NCBI GenBank assembly: GCA_965153285.1
Contig: OZ229126.1
Direction: 5' to 3' (one strand)
From: Podarcis tiliguerta
Lineage: Eukaryota
Length of the DNA stretch: 64,000 bases
Below, one piece after another: positions 51,701-59,560 of the stretch. Both the position numbers and the translations under genes were made by a program. The number at the start of each line of letters is the position of its first letter. Within the stretch, counting starts at the first letter, position 1. The notes beneath the pieces were generated by a model. The model was not told the DNA's origin and ran no database searches. It was given only the letters and a program-made list of their open reading frames with translations.

Positions 51701-54700
51701 TCATGTGCGTTCTAGATCTGAGAATTACACATTCTGGGCTCTGCTTGTTTGCTCTAGGGTTGCATGTTCTGAATGGCAAAAATCAAAAATCCTGCAGAAC
51801 GGAGGCTGTGGTCAGACTAATTGGGGTTGTTGGGGGTTTTTTAGAAGAAATTGCATCCATGATCAGATTAGAAATATAGTGGTTGTTCCCCCTGTTCCCC
51901 CAAAATAGTGGGGGTCATAACAGCACAGGCAGAGGGAGAAGTTCTGTGCAGTGCAGCATAGCCTACAGAATGCTCCCAGCTGCCTTACACAAAAGCTGCT
52001 GAAAACTCCACCTCAGCCTCAGATTTTGCCACATTGCAGTCTTGGGGGCACATATTATTTTAAACAGTTCATTGGTATGTCCAGTTTTATAACCTGCTGC
52101 TTTTTGAGGGGTGGGGGTATGGTAACTTCTGGGTAGGACTTGCTCTGTTTCTTGCCTTTAGGCACTCTTTGCAGGAGCAGACGCCTCAGTTTGCTTCGGA
52201 ATAATCAAGTGGGCAGCCCCCTGCTCACTCCTGTGGAGGGTACATGTGCACTGGGTGGCAGAAAAAGCTGTGCTGCTCTGATGTATAGATTGTTTATCTT
52301 GTTATTTCATAAAATTTATACACCCCTTAATGGTAAAAACAATCTATATTTGCTCCCTCTGCTCTTATTTGTGTGGTGAGGAGATCAAGTAAAAGGGATC
52401 ATTACCCAGAAGTAGCAGAATTCTCATCTGCAGGTGGGAAATTGCATTTTTGAAGGCTTCTCCATGTGCACTCCCTGCCTGTGGTGTAGTATTGCAGCAT
52501 AGGGGCCATTTCTGGGGGGACCTGGGTGCCGAGGCACCCACAAAATGTTCACTGGATGCCGGGGGGGGCACCCCAACGCAGCACACGCATGACATTTCAT
52601 GGTGCACTGAGGCACAATGGGGCTCGTTGCAGCCACAGGAGGGCCCGTTGGGCCCCATCAGCCCCCCCCCCGGCCATGTGATGACATGCGTGTAACACGC
52701 TGGGCACCCACAATGTGGGGTGGAACCCGGTATAAATGTACAATAGCATGTGATTTTAGTGTACCCCTCTGACTAATGATCTTTTTCTGTTTTGAAAAAA
52801 TAGGGTTCCTTGAAATGGTGCAAATTCTACTGACTGAGGGCTTATCCACACTTACTTTTCCCTCCAGGCATAAGTGTGCTTAAAAACTTGTATGTCAGAG
52901 TGTTTTTCTCTCTCCTTGCCCTGGAGCTTTCTCCACAAAAACCCGCTCTTTAGTGCTCAATCAGAGCAAAGGTGCGATTTGGGTTTCCTGCGGATTGCTG
53001 TTTGCTCCAATTGAGCTTTAAAGCAGTGGCAGACCTTGGGGCCCCCAATTTCAGCGTCACCCTGTGCAACACCAAAATTTGGCGCACTCCCCACCTCTTG
53101 CCTCTTTCATTCTGTGTAATAGTTGTGCTCCCAAGGCTCCATGCCCAGGGCAGCCAAATCAGCCGCGCTCCCCTAAACCTGCCTCTGTTTAAAGAGTGGC
53201 TTTCCGTGGGGAAAAGTCATGAGCAAAAAGAAGGTGCTTGGACACCATGCCTAGAAAAAGTGGAGGGAAAGTAAGTGTGGATAAGCCCGTATTCTGCAAT
53301 TGTGTTTTTTTAAAAAAATGTGAGCTAGGAACTTGCACACAAATGTTACATGCACGCACACACACAACTTGTCCTGCTGTAACATGTGACTCATTGGTTG
53401 GCTTTTGTAGACCCAGCCTTCCTGTTTAATGCATTACTCACTCTTTCCAGGTTCCAATGCAAAAGGAACCCTCTGGCTCAGTCACAGAAAGCGGAGGAAG
53501 GGAGGAAGCGGTTGGGAAGGGACAGTGTCCCTTTTTTCTTTATGGGCATTGTCTTGTGTGTGCTAGAAACAAGCAAGCGAATGTCCCTCCGCCAGGGAAG
53601 TTTTGACTCAGTGGAAAGCATTTTTGAACCTGATTTCTTCCTCTTCCTCTCTTACCCCACCTCATAGCCAAGAAACTGGAGTCTCTCCACGTGAGCACAG
53701 ATTTCTTGCACAACTGAACTTCTGCTTTAACTCTGTTAAAAGCATCAGCAGCAACAAAAACCCGTTAATATTCTTCTTCCCCACCTCCATTTCATCCTTA
53801 ACATTTTTATAGCACTTGCAGTCAGCGCTGGGCATCTTGGAAATTTACTAAGTTCAATAGACCTAGCGGAGTCCCAGAAAAAATTGCCTAGGATTGCAAC
53901 CATGACTGGCCCAGAACATTTTTCTCCCTGAGGCTCTGTGTGTTGTGTGTTCTTTCCCCCTAGTTCTGCTGTTAATTCAGTACTACATCACAGTAGTAGC
54001 TCATACCCATGAATTATAGAATTTCAGAGTTGGAAGGGACCCGAAGGGTTATCTAGTCCAACCCCCTGCAATGCAGGATCAAGGTTCCCCATCCAATTGG
54101 AAACCATACCGGACCCTGCTTAGCTTTGCAAATATGCTAGCACCTACCTTATTATCCAGATTTTTCTGGAGTTCTCTTGCCCCGCCCCCTACAAAGTCTC
54201 TCTGCAGAATAAAGTCCTGCCTATCTTAACTCCTCTAGTCATTTATTTGCATCCGCTTCATGCAGGCTTCTTAAAATGGCACAATCCGTCCCTAGGGAAT
54301 AGAATGGCTATGATAGAAAATCCAGATCATAATTTATTCAGCAGGGTATTCTCTCCCCCCCCCCCACCTCCAGCTCTATCCCTGAGAGTTATAAAGTGTG
54401 TGTGACCATCCCATAAAATAGCCAGAAGACTTTTTAGCATTGCAGTTTCCTGTGCTTTTTGTGTGCAAAAGGAGAAACCCCATTCTTAACCCACAGGCCA
54501 CATTTTTGGGCTGTCTCTCTGCTCTAGACATAAATTGGCACCACGTTGCAACATGTGCATTTCAGGCAATGAGATCATTATTTTGCGTTGGCAAACAGAA
54601 TTGGTTTCCTTGTGCAGGCCTGGTCATACAATCCTTCAGCTACATGCAAACTTGAAATACTTTGTACCAGAGCGTGTGGCTTCTATGATTGCAGACATTG

Positions 54701-57700
54701 TTTTTGGGTGGGGGCTCACAGGGGCCCCGTCACTCCCCATCACCTTTTTCCTGGCGTACCTGTGTTATAGCACAGTTAGACATACCAAGCTTGGCTTTCT
54801 GAACGACTAAACTTAGGTTTCCTTTGAAAAGCAAGTTCCTAGCTCCATTGATTGTTTACTACTTTGGGTGAGGGGGGGGTGTGGATGCCAGATTCAAGCC
54901 CTTTCTGAAGCAAATAATTCTCAAAACAACCATAGGTGCCCTATGTTGCCATATTGCTGTGGGAGATATGTGTGGGATACTATCCTCTGGCAAAGAGCTA
55001 GTATCTGAGAGAAGATTGGATTGTTTTGTGCAATAATGACCGAGCACTGAAGGTTTTTTCTTTAAAAAATTTTTTTTTACTGTTTTTGCAAAGGGGCTGG
55101 ACTTGTCCCAGGGAGATGATGGTTATGGGATGACATGATGGCGGCAGGCTTGCCAGAAAGGGCCACTGGGCTGTTTCCCCTGTTCCTGTGGCTTTAAGTT
55201 CTGAAATGGAAGCACGGCAGGGCTGTCCTGGCCCTGAGCCGGCCTCTCCACTGGTCCGTTCTAACGCTCTTGCCCCATTCCCGCCACAGGCCCTGGATGG
55301 CGAGCGCACGACCCCCCAGCAGATGGCCCAGCCGATGCGGGCCCCACCCTACGCATATCCACCTGGTGCACAGCAGCCCTGGGGACCGGCAGTAACAGTT
55401 CAGTTTCTTGGAGGAAAAGCTAGCCCAGGGCATTCTGGGTGGGGGAGAACCCCATGGAATTCAGCCGCCTCTGCTTTGCGCTGTTTGCCACTGCTTGGGA
55501 GGGGGGAGCTGGTTTTCTGCTTGAGGTCGCAAGATCAAAGGTTCCCTGCTCCTTTAAACAAAAACATCTGGTGGCAGGGTTAGATTATGAACCCACATCT
55601 GGAAACTGCAGATGGGTTAGAACGTGCGCCAAGAAATGGAAACCCACTCCCAGGAAAGGCTCCAGCACTTGCCTTTGCCCTGAGAATTGTTGAAACTGAT
55701 GTTCAAATTATTGGGTTTTCCCCCATTTTTGGTGATTCTTGGTGGAAACAGAATAATCTAACCCAGGGTTTCCCAAACTTGGATCTCCAGCTGTTTTTGG
55801 ATTACAATTCCCATGATCCCTGAGCACTGGTCCTGCTAGCTAAGGGTGATGGAAGTTGTAGTCCAGCAACAGCTGGAGACGCAAGTTTGGGAAACCCGGA
55901 TCTAACCCCAATGATCTCTTCTGCCAGAGCTCCTGAGGAGCATCTGCTAGTTGGGTTTCCTTCCCAGGAGCAGCAGCAGCAACAACCTCCTCCTTTTCCA
56001 TGGAATTTCTGAGGCCCTCTGCACACAAAGCAGGTTGCCTGTCACTGAGCTACAGGTCTCTCTCCTTGGCATTACAGGCAAGCTGTGAATCTGTTTGTGC
56101 TTGCAGCCGAACTAGACACAGTGCCATTCACAAAACACGCAGTTGCTTGTTTGTTTCCAAAGTGAAGAGTAAGCAAGGGGGGCCACCAACCCAGACCAAA
56201 ACTACGGTGGGGGCAAAGGGCTAATGGTCCCATGTCCCCTGGGTCTCGGATCTGGAGGAAGCCTCAGCAGGAGAGGATATTCCTTCATTGAGTGGGAAAG
56301 TCACTAAGTTTCAAGACCACCTTTTCTGAGGCAGCAACTTTAAAAAAAGAAAAGAAAAAAAGAACTGAGCCAGGAGACAATTCACCATTTCCACAAACTT
56401 TGTGATCTTGGGCTTACAATCCTTGGAAATAGCTGCCTTTTATTGAGCAGCTGTGAGTCACACACACACACGGTGTCAATGCTAGAAGTCGTCGTGTCAA
56501 CTAGGAAGAGAATCAGAGCAGAATCTACACAGTTTGAAACTCTGCTTCCTTTGCTTGTGCAGAAAGCTTTTGTGGGGTGGGGCAGTGGCTCTGCTCCTGC
56601 AAGTGCCCCACAAGAATCCAAGCAGTGGGCTTTGTGGCTCTTTTGGGTGGTCTGTCTGATGCCCTGTGCAGACTCTTCATCACTTCTCTCTCTTGCCCCC
56701 AACTTTGCTTTGATGCTAACACAGGTGGGCTGCTTTCAGAAGCAACTTTATGGGCACCTCTTCTCCCCCACCCTTGCTTGGCCTCTCCCACACCTGAATT
56801 CCAAGGGGGGAAGAGACCCCCCAGAATGTGACCGGATCGGGGCTTTTCCCAGGGTGTCTTTGTCTTTGAGGTCACATCCCTTTCTCTCTTGATGCCGGGG
56901 AGGGGGGCCATCTGTGCTTTGTATGTCGTCCTTGTCAATACCTCCATTCTCTTTTTTTTGGGGGGGGGGGGGTCTGCCAAGTCATATCTCAGGCAGGTTG
57001 TGTGATGTTCACCTTTCCAGGATGCAAAGAATGATGCTTCTTTGGAACAGTCGGTGCTTGGGGATGATGGGAGTTGTAGTCCAGCAATATCTGGAGGGTC
57101 ACACAGGTTCCCCAACTGTGCTGCAACAGCTGGCTGCACATCAGTGGGATTCCACTCCAGTGAAACACAGCCACATTTGGGACAATCACTGCCAAACAAA
57201 TGGGGGCAGTGCAGTGTTGTAGAGTGGTAACTCCTTTCTGCATTAGTGCCTTGCAGTGCTGACCTTTTCAGCTGATGATCATAAAACTGGCATTCAGTTT
57301 TTCTCCTGTGGATGAAATATCCAGCTACCAAATGACAGGGCCATGGGGGTGGGGACAGAATGTGCTGCACAGAAGCAACTGCCCTACTTTCCACTTGTTG
57401 TGCAACTCCCAGATACTACAGCGAATGCCACCCCATTGGGAATGCTTCCTGAAACAGCTCTAAAACCAAACCAAACTCCCTCAGCTTCTGTTTAAACCCA
57501 CCATGAAATAGAAAGGGGGCAGGGGGAATAAGTGTCATCTCTCCAGAAATGTGTTCTGGAACTAGGAACAAAACCAAAATCGAGTTCTGGCTCTTGCCAG
57601 CTTGAGTGTGTTGAGTCCCAGGACCTCTTTCTGCACTGAGCAGCTGTTGGAATGGCGCTCTCGGTATGTAAAATGACTGCTGAGCTCCACTTCAGAACCC

Positions 57701-59502
57701 AGCATTGTGCTTAGTTCAAGAATCTGACTCCAAAACTCTCCCAAGCCGATGTTTGCAATACAAACTTACCAAAGCAAACCTGAAATTTAAAAGCATTTAA
57801 AGGGAAGAAGGTCCACCAAATCCATTTTTATGCAACAGCTCAGGTGGCTTGCTGGCCAGCTTGCCTGTCTACACACTCTTTCTCTCCCCCGACTGTCTGG
57901 TACCTGGTGGCTTTTCAAAGTCTGTCTTTGTCTGCTCCATGTTCCATCGCTGTTTATGAACTCCTGCCATTTCTTCCCATCCCTCCTTGTCTTGTCTGGC
58001 TCTCGAAAAAGCAAAAACCATTCTCACTGCTGTGTTGGGTTTGGGGGTGCCTCTGTCTTTTCCAGGCAACAGACCGTCCTGTCAATGGACTGGATGCCGG
58101 ACTGCGGCCTTTCGACTTGGTCATTCCTTTTACCATCAAGAAAGGAGAGATCACAGGTAATGGGATGGGAGGGGGACATGACCAAAGTGGTTTAGGACTC
58201 TGCCTTTTACAGAGGTCAGGGCAATAGTTGATAGCCAGGCTGTGTTTTGAGCAGTATGCATGGAGCACAGAATGTAAATGGAGGCAAAACTCAGCTTCCT
58301 GATCTCTGTTAAGTTCCTAGTCCTTGTGGCTCTTAAGGTAGATTGTGAAGCATATGGCAGTGTCTGGCAAGATCAGAGGGCTGCCTGCCCTGGCCTACTG
58401 TATATAAGGATTTGGATATAGATCTTAATCATGTCTCCATCCTTGGTAGCATATTTTTATCTCTAAGAGTCACGGAGCTGGAAGGGACCCAAAGTCTAAC
58501 CTCTTAGTCCAACCTATGCAGGTCTAACCATCTAGAAAGCTTATCTACTTCCTCACCTCAAATTAATAATCTGTTGATGGCGTAGCAAATAGAGCTTTGC
58601 CAAACCAGTTCAGTTTTTCAAACTCCTAGGATTGCAGCATATTAAATGTCTCTCCTTTCAACAGCTCTATGAAAGGTAGATGGAATTACAGCTTTACACG
58701 AATCCAGTAGCCTAGCTAAGCCCAGTGAATTGTGGACCAGTGATTTTAATCCAGGTCCCCTTAAAATGTCCCCTCTGGGGTCCTTGCAAAAAACAGATTC
58801 CTGGGTCCTTGCATTCCTATGCTGGTGAACAGAACCCACCAACTTGAAAGTGCTTTCTGTGGTTTCCTCCCTCCCCACAGGTGAGGTGCGCATGCCCTCT
58901 GGCAAGGTGGCAAAGCCAGACATCACAGACAACAAGGATGGCACAGTGACAGTGCGCTACGCCCCCACAGAGGCTGGCTTGCATGAGATGGACATCCGTT
59001 ACGACAACATGCACATCCCAGGTAACACACACAAAAAGGTGTTTGGCTCTGAAATTACCAGGCTCACATTGGTTGGAGCAACTAAATGTGCGCTAGTAGG
59101 TATCTAAAAGATGTTGATGCCATACCCTCCTCCCTCCATAGGTAGCCCACTGCAGTTCTATGTGGACTACGTCAACAGTGGCCACGTGACTGCTTATGGA
59201 CCGGGACTCATCCATGGGGTAGTCAACAAGCCAGCAGTCTTCACCGTCAACACAAAAGATGCAGGAGAAGGTGAGTCCACAAGGCCCACTTGGTGCTTGG
59301 AACTGCTCCTGCCCTCTGGTTTTCTGGCCATTTGGGCAAGGCTGTTGGTGCTTCTGTTCTGTGTAAATGCACACAGTAGCTACCTGATCCCTCCATTTCT
59401 TGCTGCAGGGAAGCAGCAGAGAAAATAGGCTTAGGATTGTGTGCTCTTCTTAACAAAACTGTCATTGAGATGCCTAGCAAAACCAAATATGTAAACTTGT
59501 AT

Positions 59503-59560
<58 letters not shown>

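Larger units (their letters stand above)
42031..52184 (+). repeat. Duplicated block, copy 2 (10154 bp), probable false duplication
   Basis: Starts exactly at the gap end with agtctgcgcacacc (=31676). The ORF track repeats identically except for one ORF crossing the poly-C tract. Confidence 0.97.

Noticed and set aside
31676-52184. Real exon duplication producing an extended filamin with extra Ig repeats
   Set aside because: Boundaries coincide exactly with the gap, introns show essentially no divergence, and the exon 31 to 24' join is out of frame with a stop after six codons.
54083-54133. 5S rRNA gene
   Set aside because: Only a ~50-nt diverged internal fragment.
55723-55732. CCATTTTTGG consensus CArG
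   Set aside because: Isolated and without supporting motifs; several such matches are expected by chance in 64 kb.
56525-57394. 289-aa minus-strand intronic ORF
   Set aside because: Runs through a MITE fragment and poly-G/T tracts, with no recognisable domain; treated as chance.
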